Notes: a model not told the origin generated them from the letters alone. Shown: positions 1-9,691, counted from the first letter of the stretch. The stretch: 64,000 nt of DNA from Deltaproteobacteria bacterium (GCA_019310975.1 JAFDDH010000010.1:1375-65374); one strand, 5' to 3'. Translations and numbers: made by a program.

Positions 1-1808
1 TGCCCGAGGAAGTCGTGAAGCCTTCTGAGTGCCGCTACCTGCTGATCGTAGGACTGCACGTCATCGTCATCGACGACCATTGGCGGTGTGTCCATCAGGA
101 ATCCGATGTCCTCGAGCACTTCGAGCTTTTCCTCCTGGTCGACGGGCACGTAGTCGGCCAGCGTAAGCGTGTGGGAGACCGAGTCGAGCTCCTGCATGCG
201 TGCGGCGACCTCCTGCGCGGCCTCGAGGTCGGATGCCACCGAGTTCACATACCAGGGCGACATCGAGCCGGACTGGGCGAGCAGGTCGTTGAAGGTCTGC
301 ACGGACTCGGTGGTGGGATCGCGCATCTGCACCACGTTGACGTCGAAGCGGGCGCCGGGGATCAGCGCGATGCCGGCCAGCAGGAGGACGCCAGCCGAGA
401 TCATCACCTGATGGGAACGCCTATCGAGGACGCGCCACCACCCGCCGCGGAAGTGCAGCTGGCGTCGGATGTCCCGAGTGGGGTCGATCTGCAGTCCCTT
501 GGTGAGCAGTGCAGGGAAGAGCGTGAGTGTCAGACCCAGGATGATGATCATGCCCGTGCCCGCAATCAGCCCGAGCTCCGCCACGCCGAGGTAGTCGGTG
601 GGCACGAAGACGTAGAATCCGGTGGCGGTGGTGAGGGTGCAGATCATCAGGGAGCCGCCGACATTTCCCGCTGCACGCCGCAGCCCCTCGGCGTGGTCGA
701 AGCCCTCGCGACGCTCATTCGCGTACGCCATGCCCAGGTGGATGCCGAAGTCCACGCCGAGGCCAATGAAGAGGATGGCGAACGAGGCCGAGACGAGGGT
801 GAGATGGCCGACGGCTGCGGCCGCAAAGGCGGCCGTCCACACCAGTCCGATCAAGAGTGTCCCGACCGCTGCCACCACGAGACGCAGCGAGCGCAGCGCG
901 CGGGTCAGCACCATGATCACCAACAGGAAGCAGGCGACTCCGCCGAGCCCGAGATCCCAAGCGAGTCCGATCATCTCTTCATAGTTGAGCGCCGGATTAC
1001 CGGTGATCCGCACCGTGACGCCGCGCTCGGCCTCGAGCCCGAGTGTCAGGGCGTGCTCGCGGATCTGTGCCATGGCGCGGCCGGCGGCGAGGAAGCTGCC
1101 GAAGTCCAGCTGTGGATGGACGACGATCACGCGCCGCGAGATCACCTCCACCGCCGAGCCGCTCAGCAGTAGCTCTTCCCACGAGAGCGCCAAGGGGAAC
1201 TCGGCATAGACGGCCACCGTGGCTTTGCCCACGGAGTCGAGGATGACCGCCCAATCCTGGTCGCGGACGCTGGCGCCGCCAGCGTCCGCGACGGTCGTCT
1301 CGAGTCCCATCTCGACCAACGAGGCCAGGTTGGCGACGCTTGCGTCCTGGCCGAGGGCCGCGAGGATGGGCTGGAGCCGCGCCATCTGGTCCGCGAAGGC
1401 GTCGAGCTCGTCGGGGCTGCGATAGAGCAGGCCCTTCTCCTCGAAGAATCGCTCGCCGCCCGGCACGTAGGCGTCTTCGAAATATTGGGAATCGGATTCG
1501 AGAGCGTCCGAGAGTGCGTTCGCGGACTCGCGCGCGAGCTCGGGTGTCTCGCCATCCACCACGACGAGCAGCGCATTCTCGAGATTCGGGAAGAGCCTCG
1601 CGAAGGCCTCGTGGTTGCGGCGTGACGGCAGGTCCTTGGCGACGAGGCGGACATTGTCCGAGTTGATGCCGAGGAAGAGCACCGCGTAGACGCCCGCCGC
1701 CACGGTGATCAGCAGGCAGGCGGCGATGACGGGCAGCGCGCGCCGTCTCGCGGCGTCCACCCAGCGGGTCGCCAGCTTGGCGAGCGCGGCATCGATCTGG
1801 CTCTTCAA
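1..1808 (-). CDS. MMPL/RND-family membrane lipid exporter, HpnN-like (3' end runs off the window start)
   Basis: Absent from the ORF track because it is open at the window edge. My reverse-strand translation is uninterrupted for about 600 aa (LPVIAACLLITVAAGVYAVLFLGINSDNVRLV ... FAILFIGLGVDFGIHLGMAYANERREG ... MIIILGLTLTLFPALL), typical of MMPL/RND exporters. TTG at 1808 is the first start after an in-frame TAG; there is no ATG. Confidence 0.8.
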   Translation of the reverse strand, partial: MKSQIDAALAKLATRWVDAARRRALPVIAACLLITVAAGVYAVLFLGINSDNVRLVAKDLPSRRNHEAFARLFPNLENALLVVVDGETPELARESANALSDALESDSQYFEDAYVPGGERFFEEKGLLYRSPDELDAFADQMARLQPILAALGQDASVANLASLVEMGLETTVADAGGASVRDQDWAVILDSVGKATVAVYAEFPLALSWEELLLSGSAVEVISRRVIVVHPQLDFGSFLAAGRAMAQIREHALTLGLEAERGVTVRITGNPALNYEEMIGLAWDLGLGGVACFLLVIMVLTRALRSLRLVVAAVGTLLIGLVWTAAFAAAAVGHLTLVSASFAILFIGLGVDFGIHLGMAYANERREGFDHAEGLRRAAGNVGGSLMICTLTTATGFYVFVPTDYLGVAELGLIAGTGMIIILGLTLTLFPALLTKGLQIDPTRDIRRQLHFRGGWWRVLDRRSHQVMISAGVLLLAGIALIPGARFDVNVVQMRDPTTESVQTFNDLLAQSGSMSPWYVNSVASDLEAAQEVAARMQELDSVSHTLTLADYVPVDQEEKLEVLEDIGFLMDTPPMVVDDDDVQSYDQQVAALRRLHDFLG

Positions 1809-1965
1809 GAGCGCGGACTCCGAGGGGGGCGTGGCCGGGGCGAGCCCATTCTAGGCGAGTCTTGGCCCGACCGGGCTCGGATCGGGCGGGTGAGTGCGCG
1901 AAGAGCCCGACGACCGCCGGCCGGGCGTTCAGTCGCATTGGCCCTCGGGGGTTGTCGTGTCCGCT

Positions 1966-2973
1966 TCAGTCGGGGATGGCCGCCTCGGTCGGGGGCGGAC
2001 GGTTCTGCTCCCATGCGGCCGCGGGCTTGCGGCCAACCACGCGTTGGTTGGAGGTCTCCAGGCCGAGCTTCGTGCGCAGGGTATCCATCACCAGAGCGAG
2101 CCCGAGCAGGATCGGATTCTGGTAGTTGAAGAAGCGCTGCACGAAGCGTGGCCAATCGCGGTCCTTCGCATAGTTGTGGTGGGAGATGATCCAGGACGAT
2201 GTGCTGATCAGGTATTCACAGCGTGTGATCTCGAAGCCCCGCGTCTCGAGCATGCGCACCAGCGCATCGGTCGAGAAGAGGTTCCAGTGGCGCGGGAAAT
2301 GGTAGTGGCCCCACCAGCGTCCCTTGAAGAGCCTGTAGTCGAGACCACCGAGGTTGGGTGTCTCGATGATGAAGACGCCGCCTGGTCTGAGCAGGGTGTA
2401 CACACGCTCGCAGAGGAGCGCCGGATCCTCCACGTGCTCGATCAACTGAAGCATGATGACCGCGTCGTAGCATCCGCGCTGATCGTCACGCTCCGCGAAA
2501 TCCTCTACCCGCTCGGATACGACGTCGAACCCGATGTCGCGACACTGCTTCACAGCACCCTCGTCGAATTCGAGGCCCGCGAGCTCCCACCGCTCGTCTC
2601 CGAAATCGCGCAGCAGCGAGAGCAAGCGCCCGTTCCCGCAGCCCACGTCGAGCAACCGCCGTTCGCCATCGCCCACCAGCTCGCGATAGAGTCGGACCTT
2701 GCCGCTCTCCCACACGCGCTGTAAGCGCGCGACGAGCCTGTTGCTCGTTCCGGTGAACGAGTAGTAGTTGGAGGGATAAATGTCGTCCAGCTGAGAGCTC
2801 GCCGGGCGAGGATTCAGATATTGGTGACCACATCCAAGGCACGAAACCATCTGGAAGACGTCGTCGGAGGTGTCGTACTCGAAATCCACTCCACGGGCGC
2901 AGACCTCGGATTCGCCCGATCCGCAGAGCGCGCAGCGTGCCGCGACGAGTTCAAGCTTTCTGGCGCTGGACAT
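1966..2973 (-). CDS. class I SAM-dependent methyltransferase with N-terminal CxxC...CxxC zinc-ribbon
   Basis: ORF 1966..3096. Motifs: LLDVGCGNGRLL (SAM motif I), VIMLQLIEHVEDP, RPGGVFIIETPN. Start taken at ATG 2973 (MSSARKLELV); the ORF part upstream of that is Arg-rich and overlaps the desaturase gene. Confidence 0.85.
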   Translation of the reverse strand: MSSARKLELVAARCALCGSGESEVCARGVDFEYDTSDDVFQMVSCLGCGHQYLNPRPASSQLDDIYPSNYYSFTGTSNRLVARLQRVWESGKVRLYRELVGDGERRLLDVGCGNGRLLSLLRDFGDERWELAGLEFDEGAVKQCRDIGFDVVSERVEDFAERDDQRGCYDAVIMLQLIEHVEDPALLCERVYTLLRPGGVFIIETPNLGGLDYRLFKGRWWGHYHFPRHWNLFSTDALVRMLETRGFEITRCEYLISTSSWIISHHNYAKDRDWPRFVQRFFNYQNPILLGLALVMDTLRTKLGLETSNQRVVGRKPAAAWEQNRPPPTEAAIPD

Positions 2974-3826
2974 CTTGCGGCTGATTCGTCGCGCTCGCGT
3001 CCTGCAGTCGCGAATGGTGGCGACGGCCGAAGAGGTGAGTCTCGATGGGGACGCCATTCTCGCGCAGGTAGTCAGCCTTCTCGCGGTAGCGCGCAACGTA
3101 GGCGTGCCACGGAATGGTCGGCCACAGGTGGTGGATCGCGTGGTAGTTGTGTGCCAGAACCAGCGGCGTCAGCCAGGCGAGGTCGATGATCCGGGTACCC
3201 AGGAAGCGATCCTGGGGTAGCCCCACGTGTGGCAGGTAGTTGACGTAGAGATCCAGGATCAGCTTCCCGATCATCACGGGGACCAGCCAGAGCAGCACGA
3301 GATCGAAGAGGAAGCCCTGGGTGAAGGCCAGGAGGTAGATGGCCGCGACCACGGCCAGGACGAAGTTGTCCGAAATTCGCATCATCGGCGTGCGCGGATC
3401 GTTCGAGAGCATGCGTCGCGCATAGCCCAGGGTTCGCAGGTAGCGGAAGGGGAGCTGCCAGAGCGGGCCGTCGGCGTAGATCTGGTTGGGATCGTGCGCG
3501 GGGTCGTTCAGGAATCTGTGATGCTCGAGATGGACGGCTCGCTGCAGGAAGTAGGGCGTCGTGTAGGGCCACATGCCCACGATGCCGATTGCGTTGTTGA
3601 TCCATTTCCGGTTGGAGACCGTCCCGTGTACGGTCTCGTGCCAGATCGTGAAGGCCAGGTGGATGGCGATCAGGCAGATCGCCATGTGGATGAAGAGCGG
3701 CCCGGGACTCGTCGCGTAGACGATGAAGTTCCCGGCGAAGAGGAGCCACTGAGCGCACACGAGCAGGAGCGTGTGTGTATCGAGCTGGAGCGGGGGCCTG
3801 GCCATCCGAGCATCCCTGACGCGCAT
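2951..3826 (-). CDS. membrane fatty-acid desaturase/hydroxylase superfamily protein (di-iron, three His boxes)
   Basis: His boxes HETVH, HLEHH and HNYHAIHH, plus several hydrophobic spans. Alternative start ATG 3805 has a better AGGGA RBS. The stop overlaps the downstream methyltransferase start by 23 nt. Confidence 0.85.
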   Translation of the reverse strand: MRVRDARMARPPLQLDTHTLLLVCAQWLLFAGNFIVYATSPGPLFIHMAICLIAIHLAFTIWHETVHGTVSNRKWINNAIGIVGMWPYTTPYFLQRAVHLEHHRFLNDPAHDPNQIYADGPLWQLPFRYLRTLGYARRMLSNDPRTPMMRISDNFVLAVVAAIYLLAFTQGFLFDLVLLWLVPVMIGKLILDLYVNYLPHVGLPQDRFLGTRIIDLAWLTPLVLAHNYHAIHHLWPTIPWHAYVARYREKADYLRENGVPIETHLFGRRHHSRLQDASATNQPQDVQRQKA

Positions 3827-3862
3827 CCGCGAAGCGGATCCGGTGGCGTCCGCGGTGCAATA

Positions 3863-3891
3863 AGCTTACGAATCACGCAGGTTTACGTCAA
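3863..3891 (-). promoter_or_regulatory. candidate sigma70-type promoter for the desaturase operon
   Basis: The minus strand reads TTGACG-N17-TAAGCT about 35 nt upstream of ATG 3826, inside the divergent intergenic region. The -10 element is weak. Confidence 0.25.
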
Positions 3892-4036
3892 TTCCGGTAC
3901 GCATCGGCAAGACTCGGAGCCCGCGCCGATCCGCCCTGCGGGGATCCAGTCTGGATGGGCGGTTGGGTGGTCTCCAGACTGGTCGCGGGCGCCCGAAGTG
4001 GCCGCGCTCTTGCCTGGGGCCCTGTGGCAGACTCGG

Positions 4037-4933
4037 ATGGCTGTGATCGAGGCGAGCCCGCCCCGCTGCTTGATCTGTCGGTCCGACGAGTCCCGACGCC
4101 GCTACGCGATCACTCGATTCGACGTGGTGGAGTGCCGCGCCTGCGGGCAGATCTACCTCCACCCGCTGCCGGATCCCGGGGAGATCCGCGTGCTCTTCGA
4201 GTCCCTCTACTCGACCGGCGACGGCTCCCTGCCCGAGCTGAGGGACTACTACCAATTCTGTTACACGGACTCGCCCGACAACCCCCTCACGCAGCGGTAC
4301 GAGGTGTGGCTCGACAAGATCGAGAGCGTCCGCAAACCGGGCCGTGTGCTCGATATCGGCTGTGGGACGGGGCTTTTCCTCTCGGTGGCGCGCCGCCGCG
4401 GATGGGAGCCCTACGGGATCGACGAGAGCGTCGAGGCCACCGACTACGCGCGCGGCCACTTCGGGCTCGATCCCTGGGTGGGCGATTTCGAATCCTTCGC
4501 GGGCACCGGAGAGCAATTCGATCTGGTGACGGGCTGGGACGTGATCGAACATTCGCGCGATCCCGTGAGCCTGCTCCACGCGGCGCGTCAATGCCTCGTG
4601 GGTGACGGCATCTTGAGCCTCTCGACGCCGAATCAGCGCAGCATCCTCGATCTCGTGGCGGGTGCGATGTATCGCACGTCCGGGGGTCGTCTCACGGCGC
4701 CACTCGAGAAGTTCTACATCGAGCAGCATTTTCTCTACTTCACACCGAGCAGCCTGGGCGAGGTTCTTTCGCTGGCCGGGCTCGAGATCACGCAGATGGA
4801 TCTCGAGCTGACAGATCTGCGGCGGCTCACGTTGCCGCCCCTGGTTCGTGCGGGTCTCCACACGATGTTTCTGGCGGCGCGTGTGCTCGGTCGACAGAAT
4901 CGTCTCTTCATCATCGCGCGCGCGAGAGCTTGA
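4037..4933 (+). CDS. class I SAM-dependent methyltransferase with N-terminal zinc-ribbon (paralogue of 1966-2973)
   Basis: In-frame ATG 4037 within ORF 3227..4933. Motifs: CLICRS...CRACGQIYLHP, VLDIGCGTGLFL, VTGWDVIEHSRDP, GDGILSLSTPN. The first 270 aa of the ORF are antisense to the desaturase gene. Confidence 0.85.
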   Translation: MAVIEASPPRCLICRSDESRRRYAITRFDVVECRACGQIYLHPLPDPGEIRVLFESLYSTGDGSLPELRDYYQFCYTDSPDNPLTQRYEVWLDKIESVRKPGRVLDIGCGTGLFLSVARRRGWEPYGIDESVEATDYARGHFGLDPWVGDFESFAGTGEQFDLVTGWDVIEHSRDPVSLLHAARQCLVGDGILSLSTPNQRSILDLVAGAMYRTSGGRLTAPLEKFYIEQHFLYFTPSSLGEVLSLAGLEITQMDLELTDLRRLTLPPLVRAGLHTMFLAARVLGRQNRLFIIARARA

Positions 4934-5166
4934 GCGGGGCCGCATCAGCAGACGTGGCTTCATCGCTGAAGCCGGGCCTCGGCCACACGACGGCTGGACC
5001 CCCTCGCTTCCTCTCGTCTCGCGATTCTGCCCATGAGCTGCGTACCGGAGCGCGGGCGGCCACTCCTCTATGTACCGCGGTCGGCGCAGCTGATACCCTG
5101 CTCCAGCTCAGCGGAGCATCAGCAGGGTGCGCCGCCTGTCCGCCGCCATACGAGGTCGAGCTGGTC

Positions 5167-5949
5167 GTGTCGCAGCCACTCTCCCAAAGTCTTCCGACGA
5201 AGCGTGTCCTGATCGTCGTCCCGACCTACAACGAAGCGGACAACGTGATCCTGCTCTCGAGCGAGGTGCTCGCGCTGGGTCCGTTCATCGAAGTCCTGAT
5301 CGTGGATGACAACAGCCCGGACGGCACCGGTGAGCTGGTCGAAGAGGAGGTCCTGAGGCAGCCCCGCCTCCACCTGCTGCGCCGTCCCGGGAAGCTCGGT
5401 CTGGGCACCGCCTACCTGGCGGGGTTCCGCTACGGACTCGACCATGATTTCGATCGCATCTTCACCATGGACGGCGACTTCAGCCACAACCCGAAGTACC
5501 TGCCCGAGATGCTGAAGGCGATGGACAAGCACGATATGGTGATCGGCTCGCGCTACGTGGCGGGAGGCGGGGTCGAGAACTGGCCCTGGTACCGACGGCT
5601 GCTCTCCGCCTCTGCGAACTTCTACGCTCGCACGCTGCTGCGTCTCGACGTGCGCGATTGCACGGCCGGCTTTCGAGGCTATAGCCGCGAGGTGCTCGAG
5701 ACCGTCGATCCATTCCAGATCCGCTCGTCGGGCTATTCGTTCCTCGAGGAGATGGTGTGGCGGGTCGCACGCTGCGGCTTCAGCGCCGGCGAAATTCCCA
5801 TCCTCTTCGAGCAGCGCAAGGCCGGGTCCTCGAAGATCGAGTCGTCGGAGATCTATTTGGCCGCCTGGTACGTGCTCGCCACAGCGCTGCGACCGCCACC
5901 GCTGCCCGCCCGGCGCGCAAACTCCAAACGTCAACCGACCTCGGGCTAG
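5167..5949 (+). CDS. polyprenyl-phosphate mannose (or other sugar) synthase, GT2 family (Ppm1/DPM1-like)
   Basis: Motifs: VLIVVPTYNEADN, LIVDDNSPDGTG, MDGDFSHNP, VIGSRY. The start is uncertain: GTG 5167 has a GAGG RBS, while the ORF's ATG at 4930 would add about 80 low-complexity residues. Confidence 0.8.
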   Translation: MSQPLSQSLPTKRVLIVVPTYNEADNVILLSSEVLALGPFIEVLIVDDNSPDGTGELVEEEVLRQPRLHLLRRPGKLGLGTAYLAGFRYGLDHDFDRIFTMDGDFSHNPKYLPEMLKAMDKHDMVIGSRYVAGGGVENWPWYRRLLSASANFYARTLLRLDVRDCTAGFRGYSREVLETVDPFQIRSSGYSFLEEMVWRVARCGFSAGEIPILFEQRKAGSSKIESSEIYLAAWYVLATALRPPPLPARRANSKRQPTSG

Positions 5950-6000
5950 GAGATTTCGCGTGCCTGGAGTTCGTGTCGTCGCGATCGTAGATCCAGGGCG

Positions 6001-7464
6001 CTAGCCCTTTGCATCAGGATGCTCGACGAGCACCTTGATGCAGTCGGGTCCGCGTGCGGTGCGCAGCGCCTCTTCGAGCGCGCTGGCGGGAAAACGATGC
6101 GTGATCAGGCGGCGCAGCGCCGTGCGCAGCTCGGCGTCGTGCTCGAGCAGTGCCAGCGCGTCGTGGAAGCTTCCACAGCGCGAGCTCGAGAGCCGAAGGC
6201 CGCGGCCTGCGATCGCCGCAACGAGCGGGCTCGCGGCAGCCCCAGCCCCCGTGCCCGGCCGGATCCAGATCTCGCCTTCGGGCCGCACGAGCGAGCGCTC
6301 GGTTCTGGCGCGCGGGCGAAGGGCGGCGTCGACCGATCGCGCATCGTCGACCACCGCGACATCCGCGGCCGGCAGATCGTGAGTGCGCGACGCGAGCGTG
6401 TCGAAGACGGCGCATGCGTCGGTCGAGACGATCAGCTCGGCTCGTTCGAGCCAGGCTCTGGGGGGCGGGGCGGACGAGAGCCACGCCACCAGAGCGCGTC
6501 CGTTCGGTCGGATGCTGCCGAGCTGCGTGAGGTCGGCTGCGCCGGCGGCGACATCGGCCTCCGTGATGCGCACCAGCGAGATCTCGTCGACGACCAGCTC
6601 GGTGGGGTAGGCGAGGCCGCCGCCGGGCTGGCCGTGGGTGGACTTCAGATGTACTTCGCGTCCCGCAAGTGCGGTCGCGAGGACGAGGCCGTCCGGGCTT
6701 GCGGTGGTGTCGACCACGACGTCGGCGATCCCTCCGGTCGACGCATCGATTGCAGGCGGCGCGAGGGCCTCGTCGGCGCCGAGCCCGAGCGCCAATGCGC
6801 GCAGACCCCGGTGTCGGGAGAGGCCGACGATCCGCCAACGGCCGCCGGTCGCGCGGCGGCGTGCCGAGAGCGCGGCCAGCATCAGCTGGCCGAGCCGGCG
6901 CGTGCCGAGCACCGCGATCGTATCACCGGCACGTGGCTCGATGCGGTCGACACCGCGCAGCGCGGCCGCGAAGGGCTCGATCAGGACGGCGGACTCGTCG
7001 GGCAGGGAATCCGGGAGCGCGATGACGCTGGCGATCGGGGCCAGCACCCAGGGACCAAAGCCGCCGGGCAGATCGTGGATGCCCAGCACCAGCCGATCCG
7101 GACAGTGGTGGTCGAGACCCACGCCGCAATACGCGCAATCGGTCGCAAGCCCGCGCGCTCTATGCGACGCGTTGATCTCCACCACGTGGCGCCCACCCGC
7201 CTCGTCCTCGGCCACGAGTTCGTGTCCGGTGATCTGCGGTAAGGGGAAGGGTAGATGGTGGCGGTCCAGATCCGTCGAGCAGACGCCGCAGCAGCGCGAG
7301 CGCAGCAGCCTGTAGCCGGGCCCCAGCTCGAGATGCGCCTCGCCCCCGCGTGTGATTCGCCAGCCGGATGTGGTCGAGCCCTCCAGCCGATAGACGGCGT
7401 CGCGCAGGGACTGGTCGGCGCAGTACTCGGGCGCGCGGAAGTCCACGTGTCGGAATTTGCTCAT
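6001..7464 (-). CDS. zinc-dependent medium-chain dehydrogenase/reductase (MDR) family protein with long C-terminal extension
   Basis: ATG 7464 (MSKFRHVDF). Motifs: CGVCSTDL, ITGHE, structural-Zn-like CAYCGVGLDHHCP, Rossmann-like AVLGTRRLG. The start overlaps the upstream GT-C stop as ATGA. Confidence 0.8.
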   Translation of the reverse strand: MSKFRHVDFRAPEYCADQSLRDAVYRLEGSTTSGWRITRGGEAHLELGPGYRLLRSRCCGVCSTDLDRHHLPFPLPQITGHELVAEDEAGGRHVVEINASHRARGLATDCAYCGVGLDHHCPDRLVLGIHDLPGGFGPWVLAPIASVIALPDSLPDESAVLIEPFAAALRGVDRIEPRAGDTIAVLGTRRLGQLMLAALSARRRATGGRWRIVGLSRHRGLRALALGLGADEALAPPAIDASTGGIADVVVDTTASPDGLVLATALAGREVHLKSTHGQPGGGLAYPTELVVDEISLVRITEADVAAGAADLTQLGSIRPNGRALVAWLSSAPPPRAWLERAELIVSTDACAVFDTLASRTHDLPAADVAVVDDARSVDAALRPRARTERSLVRPEGEIWIRPGTGAGAAASPLVAAIAGRGLRLSSSRCGSFHDALALLEHDAELRTALRRLITHRFPASALEEALRTARGPDCIKVLVEHPDAKG

Positions 7465-9656
7465 GGCCTCGCACCACCCGCTCGCTCCTGTACCCGGGGA
7501 TCGCGCCACACCTGCGCGAATCCCTTGAAGTCGCGTGGATGGGTCTGGATCCTTCCATCCAGCCAGGTCTCGAAGAGGAGATCGACCTCCTTGCCCGCGA
7601 AGAGCGATAGATCGATCTCCACCGGTCTGTAGGATTGCTCCCGGCCCGAGGCACTTCCGCGCACGACGCGGAAGCGCTCGTCGAAGAGGACGTTGCGAGC
7701 CGCTTCGCCATCGCCCTTCGCCTCTTCCACTACCTCGACGACGATCCGTGCGCGGAGGCGTGTACCCCGACCGACGAGGTAGGGCTGGCGGTAGCCCAGC
7801 TCCAGGCTCAGCCTGCCACCCGCATCGGGTACGCGGACGCGGCAACGGCTGCGCACACCCTCCTCGGGGATCGGATGCTGGTTCGTCGATTTGTGATAGA
7901 GGGCCGAAAAGAGCAGGTGTTGGCGAATCTCCGCCAGCTCGTCCGCGTCATCGCAGTCCTCGAGGACGTCGATGAAGGGCTCTTCGGCCTCGGGCCGAAG
8001 CCGGCGCCGATAGGCGATGAAGCTCTCGCGACTGCCCACGAAGACGCGTTGATAGTGGGTGATGATGTAGTGCGCGAGTTCGGGCGCGTAGTCGAGCAAT
8101 CCGGCGCGATCGGAGAAGAAGTTGTCGTAGCGCGCCACCACGAGACTCACCTCATTGCGCTCGGATCCGTCGATGACCGCGGCCCCTCCGTCCTTTGCGA
8201 TGTGATGCTCGTAGAGATTGTAGTAGGGGCTCGGCACGGGTCTTTGCGTGAGGAAATTCAGCCCTATCAGGTCGGGCATGGTCAGCACCGCTTCACCCTT
8301 CCGCGTATTGCGTTCGATCATCCGCACCTGGATGTCGATTTCGTCGGCCATTGCACGTGTGACCAGGACGCCAGCACGGGGCGAATCGATCGGGGTCGTG
8401 TGGCTGCGGATCAGGCCCGCGTACCAGCAGAGCGCGACCCCCGCGTAGACGAGCGCCACCACGCCATACGGGATGGCGAGTGCCATGCGCGCCGACCCGC
8501 GGTTGGGCCCGAGCTGGCGGAAGGCGTGGTGGAGCACGATGGGTAGAGTGACGAGTACGCCCTGATAGACGTTGACCAGGTGATTGAAGTCCGCGCGCGG
8601 CAGCACGCCCAGAAAGAGCAGACCACAGGTAGTGGTGGTGGTGAGGAGCGCTGCATCGATTCGCCTTCCTCGCTGTCGACCTGTGAAGAGGGCCAGTCCC
8701 AGGCCGCATACGAAGATCAAAGGCGCTAGCCAGTAGGCGAGTACGTGTAGGCGGTGGACGAGGCGCAGCGGATGCAGGAAGCCGATCATCGGCGTTTGAA
8801 GCATCGCGTAGGAGAGGTAGGTGAGCCTTTCGGTCGCAGTCTTGTAGAGATCCGTCCGCCAGAGATCAGTCACAGCCGGATAGGGGATGTCGTGTCGACC
8901 ACCGAACTCGAAGGGGTGGATGACGAGGCTCTCCCATGCGTCCGGAATCACGCCCTGCCAGAGCAGATAGACGAGGAAGGGCAGACCCGCCGCTACTACT
9001 CCGCCCACTACGACGCCAATCTCTGTGACGGTCTCGCTGAGAGGTCGCCGCTTCTCCACCTGCATCGCCAAGTAGCCGAGCGCTGCGCCAACGAGGGCGA
9101 ATATCCCGTAGTTCTGCTTGAAGCAGATCGAGAGCCCGAGCAGCACGCCCGTGAGCCACAAATCTCGCAGCACGCCTTGGCGCTGCCAGGTCAAGAGCCG
9201 CTCGAGCGCCATCAGCGCAAAGAGGACCGAAAAGGGGGAGTAGAATGCGAACGTCCACGCCGGGAATGCCCACACCGAGAAGAGCAGAACGGAGGCCACG
9301 GCGGCGACGCCCCAGACTCTGCTCGTCTGCGCCTCCACGATGCGGAAGACCACCGGACAGAGCGCCACGTAGGCGATCAGGGCGACGAAACGAGAGACGA
9401 GAACGCTCGGCTCGAAGATCGCGAACACACCCGCCAGCAGGAACCACATGCCGGGTGTGATGAATGCATCCATGTCGCGATAGATCACCCTGCCCTGCAG
9501 GAGATCGAGCGATTGCTGGAGCAGGTAGCCCTCGTCGGAAAGGATGATGGCGCGGCGGATGAGCGGCAGCCCGAACGCCAGCGCGACGACCATCAACCCG
9601 GCATAGATCCAGAGTGGCCGATCGAGGGCCAGGAAGCGCCGTAGTCGATCCAGCAC
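7461..9656 (-). CDS. GT-C fold membrane glycosyltransferase (PMT_2/ArnT-like) with about 270 aa soluble C-terminal domain
   Basis: Many TM segments, an acidic loop-1 motif SDEGYLL (D41/E42 at 9531-9536), and the motif FKQNYG. The start codon is GTG 9656. Confidence 0.8.
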   Translation of the reverse strand: MLDRLRRFLALDRPLWIYAGLMVVALAFGLPLIRRAIILSDEGYLLQQSLDLLQGRVIYRDMDAFITPGMWFLLAGVFAIFEPSVLVSRFVALIAYVALCPVVFRIVEAQTSRVWGVAAVASVLLFSVWAFPAWTFAFYSPFSVLFALMALERLLTWQRQGVLRDLWLTGVLLGLSICFKQNYGIFALVGAALGYLAMQVEKRRPLSETVTEIGVVVGGVVAAGLPFLVYLLWQGVIPDAWESLVIHPFEFGGRHDIPYPAVTDLWRTDLYKTATERLTYLSYAMLQTPMIGFLHPLRLVHRLHVLAYWLAPLIFVCGLGLALFTGRQRGRRIDAALLTTTTTCGLLFLGVLPRADFNHLVNVYQGVLVTLPIVLHHAFRQLGPNRGSARMALAIPYGVVALVYAGVALCWYAGLIRSHTTPIDSPRAGVLVTRAMADEIDIQVRMIERNTRKGEAVLTMPDLIGLNFLTQRPVPSPYYNLYEHHIAKDGGAAVIDGSERNEVSLVVARYDNFFSDRAGLLDYAPELAHYIITHYQRVFVGSRESFIAYRRRLRPEAEEPFIDVLEDCDDADELAEIRQHLLFSALYHKSTNQHPIPEEGVRSRCRVRVPDAGGRLSLELGYRQPYLVGRGTRLRARIVVEVVEEAKGDGEAARNVLFDERFRVVRGSASGREQSYRPVEIDLSLFAGKEVDLLFETWLDGRIQTHPRDFKGFAQVWRDPRVQERAGGARP

Positions 9657-9662
9657 CGCCGC

Positions 9663-9691
9663 ATTATATGGCCGGCCACGAGTCCCTACAA
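9663..9691 (-). promoter_or_regulatory. near-consensus sigma70-type promoter directly abutting the GT-C start codon
   Basis: The minus strand reads TTGTAG-N17-TATAAT. The TATAAT ends 6 nt before GTG 9656. This is unusual in such GC-rich DNA. Confidence 0.35.

Noticed and set aside
15-1172. 385-aa plus-strand ORF at the window start.
   Set aside because: It is antisense to the MMPL exporter frame. Its composition is His/Asp/Gly/Arg-rich and it has no motifs. The minus frame gives a clean transporter sequence.
3227-4036. N-terminal 270 codons of ORF 3227..4933.
   Set aside because: Shadow frame opposite the desaturase gene. The real methyltransferase begins at the in-frame ATG 4037.
4930-5166. 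ATG 4930 as the start of the first PPM-synthase gene.
   Set aside because: It would add about 80 Ala/Ser/Pro/Gly-rich residues with no TM segment or domain, and it overlaps the upstream stop. The conserved GT2 core begins right after GTG 5167. It remains possible.
6014-7315. Multiple 100-400 aa ORFs (6014..6838 -, 6019..7242 +, 6638..7315 +) overlapping the MDR gene.
   Set aside because: Arg/Ala/Pro/Gly-rich low-complexity translations typical of off-frames in GC-rich DNA. Only the 6001..7464 frame has Zn-ADH motifs.
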